From Flavobacteriaceae bacterium (GTDB taxonomy: Bacteria; Bacteroidota; Bacteroidia; Flavobacteriales; Flavobacteriaceae), in the NCBI GenBank assembly GCA_002691685.1, contig NZIQ01000003.1:1226-65225 (forward strand): a stretch of DNA of 64,000 bases, given 5' to 3'. The position numbers and the translations under genes are program-made. Under the pieces are notes generated by a model. The model was not told the DNA's origin. It saw only the letters and a program-made list of their open reading frames with translations, and searched no databases. Of this stretch, positions 38,139 through 47,415 are shown piece after piece. Every line of letters begins with the position of its first letter. Position 1 is the stretch's first letter.

Positions 38139-38174
38139 TTAAGTTGTAATATGATGAATATGATTTATTCTCAT
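38139..38174 (-). CDS. Candidate His-rich leader peptide MRINHIHHITT
   Basis: 11-codon ORF with three CAT codons at positions 5, 7 and 8. It lies 6 nt after the SPFH stop, and its own stop overlaps the antiterminator segment. Confidence 0.5.
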   Translation of the reverse strand: MRINHIHHITT

Positions 38175-38179
38175 TAGTC

Positions 38180-38995
38180 TTAATTGTTTCCGAGAATTAA
38201 AGGTAGTCCGTCTTTAGATGAACCTACTACAATGACTTTAGAGTTTGGAGAATTAGACAATTGTAATGTTGCCTCTATCCCTTTATCTCTCAAAATTTTA
38301 TCTGTAAGTGATGCACTTAGAATACGGTTTGCGTCAGCCTTACCTTGTGCTTCAATTCTCAATTTTTCAGCCTCTTTCTCTGCAGTCACTAGTCTAAATT
38401 CATATTCTAAAGAAGCTTGTTCTTGGTTAAGTTTTCTTTCGATAGCCTCTCTAATAGGTTGTGGAAGGGTTACATCTCGAACAAGTATTTCGTTTAATTG
38501 AATGTATTGATCGTCCACGATGTTTTTAGTCTCCTCATAAATCTCCTTTTGTATGGCATCTCTTTTACTTGAATAGAGTTGTTCAGGAGTGTATCTACCC
38601 ACTACACTTCTAGCAGCCGAACGAATGGCAGGTAAAAGAATACGCTCTTTGTATTTCTCTGATTTTTCTTGATGGAGTTTTCCTAATGATTCATATTTAG
38701 GCTGAAACCAAGCAGAGGCATCTAACTGAATATCTAACCCGTTGGAGGATAACACCTTCATCGACTCGAAAACTTCTTGTTGTCTTACTTCATAGATGTA
38801 AACCTTATTCCAAGGCATAATTAAATGAAATCCTTCCCCTAAAGGAGCTTTATCGGTTACTACTCCACCACCAAATGTTCGATAAAGGACTCCGGCCTCT
38901 CCTGAACCTATAGTTAATGCTGATTTCGATACCACAATGAGCACAAAAAAGATGATCGCGGTAATTGGTAATACTAGTTTTGGTAATCTTTCCAT
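38180..38995 (-). CDS. SPFH/Band 7 (prohibitin-like) membrane protein
   Basis: N-terminal TM anchor, SPFH domain and a coiled C-terminal EAEKLRIEAQGKADA segment. Confidence 0.85.
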   Translation of the reverse strand: MERLPKLVLPITAIIFFVLIVVSKSALTIGSGEAGVLYRTFGGGVVTDKAPLGEGFHLIMPWNKVYIYEVRQQEVFESMKVLSSNGLDIQLDASAWFQPKYESLGKLHQEKSEKYKERILLPAIRSAARSVVGRYTPEQLYSSKRDAIQKEIYEETKNIVDDQYIQLNEILVRDVTLPQPIREAIERKLNQEQASLEYEFRLVTAEKEAEKLRIEAQGKADANRILSASLTDKILRDKGIEATLQLSNSPNSKVIVVGSSKDGLPLILGNN

Positions 38996-39004
38996 TTTAT
39001 AAAA

Positions 39005-39754
39005 TTAAGTTAACATGCCTCCATCTACTAATAACACTTGCCCGGTAATATACGAGGACATTTCTGAAGCAAAAAACAAACAAGCGTTTGCAATATCTTC
39101 AGTTGTACCACCTCTCTTTAAAGGGATACCTTGTCTCCATTGATTAACTACAGATTCATCTAATTTTGAAGTCATTTCAGTTTCAATGAATCCTGGAGCA
39201 ATAACATTAGAGCGGATATTTCTTGACCCTAATTCAAGGGCTATTGACTTGGTGAATCCTATTATACCCGCTTTTGATGCGGCATAATTTGCTTGTCCAG
39301 CATTTCCTTTGACTCCAACGACCGAGGATATATTAATAATACTACCCTTTCGTTGTTTTAGCATGGTGCGCTGCACCGCTTTAGTCATATTAAAGACAGA
39401 TTTCAAATTTATATCGATAACGTTGTCAAAATCGGATTCAGACATTCGCATTAGTAAATTGTCCTTAGTAATACCTGCATTGTTAATTAAGATATCGATA
39501 CTATCAAAATTGCTGAGTACATCTTTAACTAGTTGCTCGCAATCGTCAAAAACTGCTGCGTTACTTTTGTATGCAAAGGCTTGAACTCCGTATTCTGTAC
39601 GGAGTAAATTTTCCAATTCCTTAGCCGGTGCCTCACTTGAACTATAGGTAAATACTACGTTTGCACCACTTTTTGCAAATTCAACGGCTATTCCCTTTCC
39701 TATCCCTCTGCTGCCACCTGTTAAAATGACATTTTTGCCTTCTAACATTTTCAT
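39005..39754 (-). CDS. fabG: 3-oxoacyl-ACP reductase
   Basis: SDR with TGGSRGIGKGIA, NNAG, and YAASKAG (YxxxK). Confidence 0.88.
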   Translation of the reverse strand: MKMLEGKNVILTGGSRGIGKGIAVEFAKSGANVVFTYSSSEAPAKELENLLRTEYGVQAFAYKSNAAVFDDCEQLVKDVLSNFDSIDILINNAGITKDNLLMRMSESDFDNVIDINLKSVFNMTKAVQRTMLKQRKGSIINISSVVGVKGNAGQANYAASKAGIIGFTKSIALELGSRNIRSNVIAPGFIETEMTSKLDESVVNQWRQGIPLKRGGTTEDIANACLFFASEMSSYITGQVLLVDGGMLT

Positions 39755-40623
39755 GATAACACTTCTTTTACTTTAAGCCCTATCTCGGCTGGAGAATCCA
39801 CCACATGAATGCCTTTTTCTCTCATGATTTTCTTTTTTGCTTGGGCTGTATCATCGCTTCCACCTACTATTGCTCCTGCGTGTCCCATCGTTCTGCCTAC
39901 AGGTGCTGTTTCACCGGCAATAAATCCAATAATGGGCTTTGAACTTCCGCTTTGAGCATACCAATGAGCAGCGTCTGATTCTAATTGTCCACCAATTTCT
40001 CCAATCATTACAACTGCTTCAGTTTCTTCATCTTCTATAAGCATTTGTAGTGCTTCTTTGGTGGTTGTTCCAATGATAGGGTCTCCACCAATTCCAATAG
40101 CCGTTGATACGCCCAATCCTTGTCTAACGACTTGGTCTGATGCTTCATAAGTAAGAGTTCCTGATTTAGAAACGATACCCACATTTCCTTTTTTAAACAC
40201 AAACCCTGGCATAATACCAACCTTGGCTTCTTCTGGAGTAATGACGCCTGGACAATTCGGCCCAACAAGAGTACAATCAAATTTTTGAATATAGTCGTAA
40301 ACTTTAACCATATCGGCAACTGGTATTCCTTCTGTTATGGCAATAATTACCTTAATACCGGCATTAGCAGCTTCCATAATAGCATCAGCTGCGAAAGCCG
40401 GTGGAACAAACAAGATTGAAGTATCGGCTCCTTTTTTTTCTACAGCCTCTCGGACCGTGTTAAAAACAGGAAGCCCAAGATGTTCTTGCCCACCTTTTCC
40501 AGGTGTAACTCCGCCAACTAATTGTGATCCGTAAGAAATCATTTGTTCGGCATGAAATGTTCCTTCTGAGCCTGTAAAGCCTTGAACTATAATTTTAGAA
40601 TTTTTATTGACGAGTACGCTCAT
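39751..40623 (-). CDS. sucD: Succinate-CoA ligase subunit alpha
   Basis: MSVLVNKNSKIIVQGFTGSEGTFH N-terminus and the phosphohistidine loop GHAGAIV. The ATG at 40623 is preferred over the tracked 40641. Confidence 0.92.
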   Translation of the reverse strand: MSVLVNKNSKIIVQGFTGSEGTFHAEQMISYGSQLVGGVTPGKGGQEHLGLPVFNTVREAVEKKGADTSILFVPPAFAADAIMEAANAGIKVIIAITEGIPVADMVKVYDYIQKFDCTLVGPNCPGVITPEEAKVGIMPGFVFKKGNVGIVSKSGTLTYEASDQVVRQGLGVSTAIGIGGDPIIGTTTKEALQMLIEDEETEAVVMIGEIGGQLESDAAHWYAQSGSSKPIIGFIAGETAPVGRTMGHAGAIVGGSDDTAQAKKKIMREKGIHVVDSPAEIGLKVKEVLS

Positions 40624-40674
40624 GGTTAAAATTTGGCACAAAAATAGAACATGAAAGTTAAATGTAGAACTATA

Positions 40675-41601
40675 TTACTTCTTTTTTAACCCTTCCAAAA
40701 AATCAGGTAATTGTTTGACCGCAGCCTTTTGTTTTAAATTTGTTCGATAAGGTGTGGCGGGATCTCCCGAATACGTTTTGTCTGGTGACAATGATTTTGT
40801 AACTGCTGTTTGGCCTAAAATCACCGAATTGTTTCCAATGGTTACGCCACTGGTCACACCTACTTGACCCCATAACACACAATTTTTTTGAATGGTTACA
40901 CATCCAGCGATTCCGCATTGAGCAGCGATAAGACAATTTTCTTCTATAACGCAGTCATGACCAATTTGTATTTGATTGTCTAATTTACTTCCACTTTTTA
41001 TGATAGTGTTTGCTGTCACTCCTTTGTCAATGCTGCAAAGGGAACCTATTTCAACATAATCTTCAATGATTAAGCCTCCGGCTGAATGCATTAAATGATA
41101 ATTATCATTTTTCTTATTGTAGTAAAAAGCATTAGAACCCAATACAGTTCCTGCTTGCACAATGACGTTTCTTCCAATTTGAACACCGTCGTAAATGATC
41201 ACGTTTGGATGTATAATGCTCCCTGCTCCTATTGAAACTTCTTTGCCAATGCTAACATTGGGCATTATAATAGCTGACGAATCAATTCTTTGCTGATTTT
41301 CTTGAAAGTATGTATGCGGTTTATATCTTTTCAGAATATCATTAAATACACGAAAAGGATGTTCTGTAAGAAGTATAGCCTTGCCATTGGGCACTTCTAC
41401 ATCTTTGTTAATTATTACTGCACTAGCCTTCGATTTTAGTGCCTTGTCGTAATATTTAGGATGATCTACGAAAATAAGATCACCATCACTGACATTATGA
41501 ATTTCGCTTATTCCCGATAAGGTTACTTTGTCTTCTCCTTTTATAGAACAACCGAATTCTTTGGCAATAGAATGTATAGAAAGTGCAACAGGGAATTTCA
41601 T
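40675..41601 (-). CDS. UDP-3-O-acylglucosamine N-acyltransferase paralog (short LpxD-like)
   Basis: LpxD-type N-terminal domain (…ISEIHNVSDGDLIFVDHPKYY…) followed by left-handed beta-helix hexapeptide repeats. At 308 aa it is shorter at the C-terminus than the copy at 44342..45376. Confidence 0.75.
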   Translation of the reverse strand: MKFPVALSIHSIAKEFGCSIKGEDKVTLSGISEIHNVSDGDLIFVDHPKYYDKALKSKASAVIINKDVEVPNGKAILLTEHPFRVFNDILKRYKPHTYFQENQQRIDSSAIIMPNVSIGKEVSIGAGSIIHPNVIIYDGVQIGRNVIVQAGTVLGSNAFYYNKKNDNYHLMHSAGGLIIEDYVEIGSLCSIDKGVTANTIIKSGSKLDNQIQIGHDCVIEENCLIAAQCGIAGCVTIQKNCVLWGQVGVTSGVTIGNNSVILGQTAVTKSLSPDKTYSGDPATPYRTNLKQKAAVKQLPDFLEGLKKK

Positions 41602-42168
41602 TTACTCTTTTACACGTTCCATATAAGTCCCTTTTTCTGTATCAATTTTAATTTTATCTCCTTCATTGATAAAAAGAGGAACATTGATTCTTGCACCTGT
41701 TTCTACAGTTGCTGGTTTTGTTGCGTTTGTTGCAGTATTGCCTTTAACTCCAGGTTCTGAATGTGTAATTTCAAGAACAACGGATGCAGGCATATCAATG
41801 GATAACGGCATGCTGTCTTCTGTATTAAACATAATAGTTACGACTTCTCCTTCTTTAAGTAAATCGGCGGCATCTAAGGTGTCTCTTTGTAAACTGATTT
41901 GATCGTAATCTACAGTATTCATAAAATGAAAGCTGTCTCCTTCATTGTATAAGTATTGATAGCTTCTTGTTTCAACCCGAACATCATCAATTTTGTGACC
42001 TGCCGAAAAGGTGTTATCGATAACTTTTCCTGTGGTTACGCTTTTAAGTTTTGTTCTTACGAAAGCTGGACCTTTTCCCGGCTTTACATGTAAGAATTCA
42101 ATAATCTTAAAAATATCACTGTTGTAACGGATGCATAATCCTTTTCTAATGTCTGATGTACTTGCCAT
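41602..42168 (-). CDS. efp: Elongation factor P
   Basis: MASTSDIRKGLCIRYNSDIFKIIEFLHVKPGKGPAFVRTKLK. 188 aa. Confidence 0.93.
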   Translation of the reverse strand: MASTSDIRKGLCIRYNSDIFKIIEFLHVKPGKGPAFVRTKLKSVTTGKVIDNTFSAGHKIDDVRVETRSYQYLYNEGDSFHFMNTVDYDQISLQRDTLDAADLLKEGEVVTIMFNTEDSMPLSIDMPASVVLEITHSEPGVKGNTATNATKPATVETGARINVPLFINEGDKIKIDTEKGTYMERVKE

Positions 42169-42171
42169 ATG

Positions 42172-42957
42172 TTATGTATTGCTAAAATATCCTTTCATAA
42201 TTCCGCGTTGAGAATCTCTGATAAATTGTAAAATTTCATCGCGCTCTGGAGTTGCCTCCATCTCAGCTTCAATAATTTCCATCGCTTGAGAATTGTTGTA
42301 ATTTTTTTGATAAAGAATGCGATAAATATTTTGAATCTCTGTTATTTTTTCTGTGCTAAATCCCCTTCTTCGCAAGCCTATTGAGTTAATCCCGACATAA
42401 GACAAAGGCTCTCGTGCGGCTTTTACATAAGGAGGAACATCTTTTCTCACCAGAGAACCTCCAGTTACAAAAGCATGGTGTCCTACCGAAACGAATTGAT
42501 GAACAGCTACCATTCCTGCAAGAACTACATTTTCACCAATAGTCACATGACCTGCTAAGGTGGAATTATTGCTGAAAATACAACCATTTGAAACATGGCA
42601 GTCATGGGCGATATGCGAATAGGCCATAATAAGACAATTGTCACCTACAATGGTCTTCATTCGATCTTCAGTTCCTTTATTAATTGTCACGCATTCTCTA
42701 ATTGTGGTATTATTTCCAATAATCACCACAGATTCTTCACCTTTATATTTTAAATCCTGAGGTGCAGCTGAAATTACAGTACCTGGATAAAGGTTACAAT
42801 TTTTCCCAATGCGGGCGCCCTCCATAATAGTCACATTTGAACCAATCCATGTACCCTCGCCTATTTCTACATTATTGTGAATTGTCGCGAATGGTTCTAT
42901 CACAACGTTTTTAGCGATTTTGGCTCCAGGATGTACGTAGGCTAAAGGTTGATTCAT
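42172..42957 (-). CDS. lpxA: Acyl-ACP-UDP-N-acetylglucosamine O-acyltransferase
   Basis: Hexapeptide repeats plus the LpxA C-terminal helical domain (LRRRGFS…, RGI). Confidence 0.9.
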   Translation of the reverse strand: MNQPLAYVHPGAKIAKNVVIEPFATIHNNVEIGEGTWIGSNVTIMEGARIGKNCNLYPGTVISAAPQDLKYKGEESVVIIGNNTTIRECVTINKGTEDRMKTIVGDNCLIMAYSHIAHDCHVSNGCIFSNNSTLAGHVTIGENVVLAGMVAVHQFVSVGHHAFVTGGSLVRKDVPPYVKAAREPLSYVGINSIGLRRRGFSTEKITEIQNIYRILYQKNYNNSQAMEIIEAEMEATPERDEILQFIRDSQRGIMKGYFSNT

Positions 42958-44342
42958 TACTTTTTCTTTACGATTTGGGCCATTAGTTCTGCTTCTGAAA
43001 CAAGTTTATCGTTAACGTAAGCATTGGCTTTCATATGACAAATTCCACGACGAATTGGCGTAATTAATTGACAATCAAAAACAATTGTGTCTCCAGGAAC
43101 TACAGGCTGTTTGAATTTTACATTATCCATTTTCATAAAAAATGTCAAATAATTTTCTGGATCTGGAACTGTGCTTAGCACTAGAATTCCCCCAGTTTGG
43201 GCCATAGCTTCTACTTGCAATACACCAGGCATTACTGGAGCCCCTGGGAAGTGACCTACAAAAAAATTTTCATTCATGGTCACAGATTTTGTACCTACTA
43301 CTCTTGAAGTAGTCAATTCATATATTCTGTCAATTAAAAGAAAAGGTGGTCTATGCGGAAGCATATTCATAATTTGAGTTACATCCATTACAGGTGGAAT
43401 ACTCCAATCAATTTGTGGTGCTCTATTTTTTTTACTGTCTTTAATGTGTTTACTTATTTTTTTCGCGAACTCTGTGTTGACATGATGACCAGGTTTGATT
43501 GCGATCAGTTTACCTTTTATTTTACTTCCGACTAAACTCAAATCACCTATAACGTCCAATAATTTATGTCTTGCGGCTTCGTTTGGGTAATGCAGGTTTA
43601 AATTATCTAGAATACCATTAGTTTTAACAGCAACTTGTTCCCTATTAAAAGCTGTTTTTAACTTCTCCATTGTATTGTGAGACAATTCTTTATCCACATA
43701 AATAATAGCATTATTTAAGTCACCACCCTTAATAAGGCCGTTATCTAATAGCATTTCAATCTCATGCAAAAAACTAAATGTTCTTGAATCGGCTATTTCT
43801 TCTTTAAATTGAGAAATATCTGTAATACTTGCGTTCTGTGTTCCGATGATATTAGAACCAAAATCCACCATAACGTTAATTTCATAGCTATCATGTGGTA
43901 ATAAAATCAATTCGCTTCCAGTACTTTCGTCTTTGAACTCAATAATTTCAGTAACCTCAAAAATCTCTTGTTCAGCGTCTTGCTCTACAATTTCTGCTTT
44001 TTCGATAGCTTTAACAAATTCAATTGAAGATCCATCCATTATGGGTGGCTCCTCGGAATTTAAACAAATTAAAACATTGTCTAAGTCCATCCCGGTTAAG
44101 GCTGCTAAAACATGTTCAGATGTGTGAATTTCAATCTTTCCATCACTCAGTATTGTGCTTCTTTCGGTGCGTGTAACATATTGAGCTAAAGCTGGGATGC
44201 TAGGACTTCCTTCAACATCCTCTCTACAAAAAACAAAGCCTGTATTTACCTCTGCAGGCTTGAATGTTAGGCTTACTTCTTTTCCTGTATGTAACCCCAC
44301 TCCTTTTAATGTAGTTTCTTTAGCAATCGTTTTTTGTTTCAC
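42957..44342 (-). CDS. lpxC/fabZ: Bifunctional UDP-3-O-acyl-GlcNAc deacetylase / 3-hydroxyacyl-ACP dehydratase
   Basis: N-terminal LpxC (KGVGLHTGKEV, HEIEMLLDNGLIKGG) and C-terminal FabZ hotdog (LPHRPPFLLIDR, FFVGHFPGAPVMPGVL). The start codon is GTG at 44342, overlapping the lpxD TAG by 1 nt. Confidence 0.92.
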   Translation of the reverse strand: MKQKTIAKETTLKGVGLHTGKEVSLTFKPAEVNTGFVFCREDVEGSPSIPALAQYVTRTERSTILSDGKIEIHTSEHVLAALTGMDLDNVLICLNSEEPPIMDGSSIEFVKAIEKAEIVEQDAEQEIFEVTEIIEFKDESTGSELILLPHDSYEINVMVDFGSNIIGTQNASITDISQFKEEIADSRTFSFLHEIEMLLDNGLIKGGDLNNAIIYVDKELSHNTMEKLKTAFNREQVAVKTNGILDNLNLHYPNEAARHKLLDVIGDLSLVGSKIKGKLIAIKPGHHVNTEFAKKISKHIKDSKKNRAPQIDWSIPPVMDVTQIMNMLPHRPPFLLIDRIYELTTSRVVGTKSVTMNENFFVGHFPGAPVMPGVLQVEAMAQTGGILVLSTVPDPENYLTFFMKMDNVKFKQPVVPGDTIVFDCQLITPIRRGICHMKANAYVNDKLVSEAELMAQIVKKK

Positions 44343-45376
44343 TATTGATTTGATTTTAATTCTTTTTCTACTTTTCTTAAACGATTTTCAATTTTTTCTA
44401 AGTTCTTGAAATGAACATAGGATTTATTATAATTTTTATACTCAATAGACGGTGTTCCCTGCACTATTGATTTGTCTTTAATATTTCGAGCAACTCCTGA
44501 TTGCGCTTGTATTTTCACCTTATCCCCTATAGTGATGTGACCCACAAAACCAACCTGGCCACCAATCATACAATAAGCACCAATTTTGGTAGAACCTGCC
44601 ACGCCAGTTTGAGCAGCAATTACGGTGTGCTTATCAATTTGAACATTGTGTGCGATGTGGATCTGGTTATCGAGCTTTACACCCTCTTTTATTTTAGTAC
44701 TTCCTAAAGTAGCTCTGTCAATAGTACAATTGGCTCCTATTTCGACATTTGATTCTAGTACGACATTACCTAAATGAGGGATTTTTTTATACACGCCTTC
44801 TTTATCAGGATTAAATCCAAATCCATCAGAACCCAGAACTGAATTCGCATGAATTATACAATGATCTCCTATTTGAGTATCCTTGTAAATTTTAACCCCT
44901 GGGTATATGATGCAGTTTGTTCCTATTTTAACTTTAGGTCCTATGTAAACTTGTCCATGAATTTGTGTGTTCTCTCCTATCGAGCTAAGCTCGTCTACAA
45001 TTGAAAAAGCATCGACAAAAACACTATTGTCTATTTGTGCTGTTTCGTGAACTTCAGCTTTGGAATGCACTCCTTTTTTGTGGGGTTTTGAGTTCATTTG
45101 GTCATGCAGCGAAATTAAATGTGCTATTGCGTCTTTAGGGCTTTTAACTAGTATTAGCGTGCATTTAAACTTACTTTCTTCAATTAATTCTTTGGAGGTT
45201 ATAACGATACTCGCTTTTGTAGTTTCTAAATAAGCGCTGTACTTGGGACTTGAAAGAAAGGAAAGTGTTCCTGGTTCGGCATTTTCAATAGGATTAATTG
45301 AAGTTACTGAACAATTTTGATCACCGACTACTTCTCCATCGACAAAATTTGCAATTTGATGGGCCGAAAAATTCAT
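44342..45376 (-). CDS. lpxD: UDP-3-O-acylglucosamine N-acyltransferase
   Basis: MNFSAHQIANFVDGEVVGD N-terminus, hexapeptide repeats and a C-terminal helical extension. The ATG at 45376 is preferred over the tracked TTG at 45394. Confidence 0.88.
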   Translation of the reverse strand: MNFSAHQIANFVDGEVVGDQNCSVTSINPIENAEPGTLSFLSSPKYSAYLETTKASIVITSKELIEESKFKCTLILVKSPKDAIAHLISLHDQMNSKPHKKGVHSKAEVHETAQIDNSVFVDAFSIVDELSSIGENTQIHGQVYIGPKVKIGTNCIIYPGVKIYKDTQIGDHCIIHANSVLGSDGFGFNPDKEGVYKKIPHLGNVVLESNVEIGANCTIDRATLGSTKIKEGVKLDNQIHIAHNVQIDKHTVIAAQTGVAGSTKIGAYCMIGGQVGFVGHITIGDKVKIQAQSGVARNIKDKSIVQGTPSIEYKNYNKSYVHFKNLEKIENRLRKVEKELKSNQ

Positions 45377-45400
45377 AGATTGCAAATTTAGCAATTTTGA

Positions 45401-46654
45401 TTAAACTACAGATTTAGGAAAACAGATGTAATAGCGTTTATGTTGGGCTGTAAATCCGCTATTTGAGCTAAATTGACTAAGGGTTAAAAACTCAACAACC
45501 TCTCCGTTTCTTTTAAGAATTGAAATGGGTTGCTGCTTTCGGTCATATGCTGTGTTGTGCAGGATGCCTTGATAGACCAAAAATTCCGCATCTACGGAGG
45601 TGATTTTGAAAAAATCCCCCACCTTTTTTAAAATTCTTTCCCATTGATTATGACTTGGAGCTTCGTCATAAAATTCTATTTCTAGAAGGTTCCTATGAAT
45701 TAAACCCTTGGACAAAAAAGCTAAAATTGAATCCGAATCATACATCCATGTTTTTAGAAGACTAATAATGTCTGTATCATCAAGCTGTGCAAATTTTGTC
45801 AAAAAATCTTGGTGATTCATACCAATTTGCTGTCTCAGAAATTCTCCGACAACAGTGCCTTCCATGAAGCCTGGTCTTTTCTGTATTAAAAATCGCGCTC
45901 TTCTAATTACATTTTTCAACATTAATTCAGCAACTACGCTGGTTTTATGAAGGTAAACTTGCCAATACATGAATCGTCTGGCCATTAAAAATTTCTCGAT
46001 CGAGTGAATTCCTTTTTCCTCCAATACAATATGGTCATCAAGGACATTCATTGTCGTAATCAATCGTTCCGAATTAATATTTCCTTCGGCCACTCCCGAG
46101 AAAAAGCTGTCTCTTTTTAAATAGTCAAGTCGATCGATATCGAGTTGACTGCTAACTAGTGCGGACAAGAACTTTTTGGGATACTCTCCTGTGAAAATGG
46201 AAATAGCCATTTCTATTTTCCCCTTAAAAAGATGGTTTAATTCTCTCATAAACTTTAGAGAAAGCGTTTCATGATGAATATCAGGAATAAGAATTTCTTC
46301 GAGTGCATGTGAAAAAGGACCGTGCCCAATGTCATGCAATAGTATAGCGGTTAAAAGTGCATTTTCTTCTTCCACAGTTATTTCTATACCCTTATATCGA
46401 AGTGTAGTAATTGCTTTAGTCATTAAATGCATTGCACCTAAAGCATGATGAAATCTGGTGTGGTGTGCTCCCGGATAAGACAAATAAGAAAAGCCCATTT
46501 GTGAAATCCTTCGTAGACGCTGAAAAAAGGGATGTGCTATAAGCTGGAGGATAAAGTCGTTAGGAATCCCTATTGAGCCGTACACAGGGTCGTTAAATAC
46601 TTTAAGTTTTCTTTGATGTGCCAATGTTCTGTTCAAACTTGCTGCAAATATCAT
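45401..46654 (-). CDS. HD-domain phosphohydrolase (dNTPase/SAMHD1-like)
   Basis: VFNDPVYG N-terminus, RFHHALG, LLHDIGHGPFSH and DIDRLDYLKRD motifs. The ATG at 46654 is preferred, because the tracked start at 46666 is a TTG. Confidence 0.8.
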   Translation of the reverse strand: MIFAASLNRTLAHQRKLKVFNDPVYGSIGIPNDFILQLIAHPFFQRLRRISQMGFSYLSYPGAHHTRFHHALGAMHLMTKAITTLRYKGIEITVEEENALLTAILLHDIGHGPFSHALEEILIPDIHHETLSLKFMRELNHLFKGKIEMAISIFTGEYPKKFLSALVSSQLDIDRLDYLKRDSFFSGVAEGNINSERLITTMNVLDDHIVLEEKGIHSIEKFLMARRFMYWQVYLHKTSVVAELMLKNVIRRARFLIQKRPGFMEGTVVGEFLRQQIGMNHQDFLTKFAQLDDTDIISLLKTWMYDSDSILAFLSKGLIHRNLLEIEFYDEAPSHNQWERILKKVGDFFKITSVDAEFLVYQGILHNTAYDRKQQPISILKRNGEVVEFLTLSQFSSNSGFTAQHKRYYICFPKSVV

Positions 46655-46700
46655 AAATAATCGCAAATAGAGTAGCTTATTCTATTTTTGTCAAAAAAAA

Positions 46701-47138
46701 GTGAAATCAAAGTTAATTTTAACAAAGAAATATAGTCTAGACGAGATTGAAGATTTGTGCTTTTCGTTACTTCCCTTATTGTTAGGAAAGAAAGTTTTAT
46801 TTTATGCACCTATGGGGGCTGGTAAAACTACCTTAATTAAACAATTACTCAGAAATCTCGATATTGATGGAAATGTTCAAAGTCCTACGTTTTCAATTTT
46901 AAATGAGTATTTTTCTAAGGAAATTCAAGATTATATCTACCATTTTGATTTGTACCGCATAGAAAAGGAAGAAGAATTAACTCAAATTGGTTTTGAAGAT
47001 TACCTTGATGGAAATCGAACAGTTTTGATAGAATGGGCAGAACGCTTGGAATTTTTTATGCCCCGTGACGCTTTGTGCATTGAAATTGAAATTAGTAGTT
47101 TAAACTCAAGAGTCGTTCGAGTATCAAATCTGCACTAA
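46701..47138 (+). CDS. tsaE: tRNA threonylcarbamoyladenosine biosynthesis ATPase TsaE
   Basis: P-loop YAPMGAGKTTLIK, SPTFSILNEY, HFDLYR and IEWAE motifs. The start codon as tracked is GTG. Confidence 0.85.
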   Translation: MKSKLILTKKYSLDEIEDLCFSLLPLLLGKKVLFYAPMGAGKTTLIKQLLRNLDIDGNVQSPTFSILNEYFSKEIQDYIYHFDLYRIEKEEELTQIGFEDYLDGNRTVLIEWAERLEFFMPRDALCIEIEISSLNSRVVRVSNLH

Positions 47139-47203
47139 TTATTGTAATCTTTCGATGTAATACACTTTTAATCTATATACTACATTATTTGTAAGAAAAA
47201 TAC

Positions 47204-47211
47204 TATATTTG
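47204..47211 (+). promoter_or_regulatory. Bacteroidota-type -7 promoter box TATATTTG
   Basis: Exact match to the TAnnTTTG consensus, 40 nt upstream of the ATG at 47251. The upstream TTTG at 47188..47191 is closer than the canonical -33 spacing. Confidence 0.3.
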
Positions 47212-47250
47212 AATTGTGAAAGATTCACTTCACTTCTAAAATTTAGTATT

Positions 47251-47394
47251 ATGAACACTAAAAGAGTAGTTGCGGGTCTTTTTTCTTTTATGATCTTAGC
47301 GGCTTCTGCTGTGGGAACAGTAGTCACTATCGAAGATTCAAAAGAATTAGACGTGCGTAAAAGTCGCATTATTTTACCACATAAGCGAAAATAA
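47251..47394 (+). CDS. Candidate small membrane/secreted peptide (47 aa)
   Basis: MNTKRVVAGLFSFMILAASAVGTVVTIEDSKELDVRKSRIILPHKRK has one hydrophobic helix and a basic tail. It is preceded by a TAnnTTTG box and followed 22 nt later by a good intrinsic terminator. Confidence 0.45.
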   Translation: MNTKRVVAGLFSFMILAASAVGTVVTIEDSKELDVRKSRIILPHKRK

Positions 47395-47415
47395 TTGCAC
47401 TTTATCGGATTTTTA

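Larger units (their letters stand above)
38078..38174 (-). promoter_or_regulatory. Candidate his operon leader / transcription attenuator (leader ORF + antiterminator + terminator)
   Basis: Minus strand: ATGAGAATAAATCATATTCATCATATTACAACTTAA CAAACGAGTTTTAACAATTCGAAAAACCCGTTTGTGCCATATACAAACGGGTTTTTTTTATTACT ATG(hisG). ACAAACGAGTTT is a one-mismatch copy of the terminator 3' arm, so it can pair with the 5' arm. Confidence 0.6.

Noticed and set aside
47139-47369. 76-aa minus-strand ORF between tsaE and the membrane protein gene.
   Set aside because: It has no motif, promoter or terminator support. The + strand small ORF in the same interval has a TAnnTTTG box and an intrinsic terminator, so it is the better explanation.
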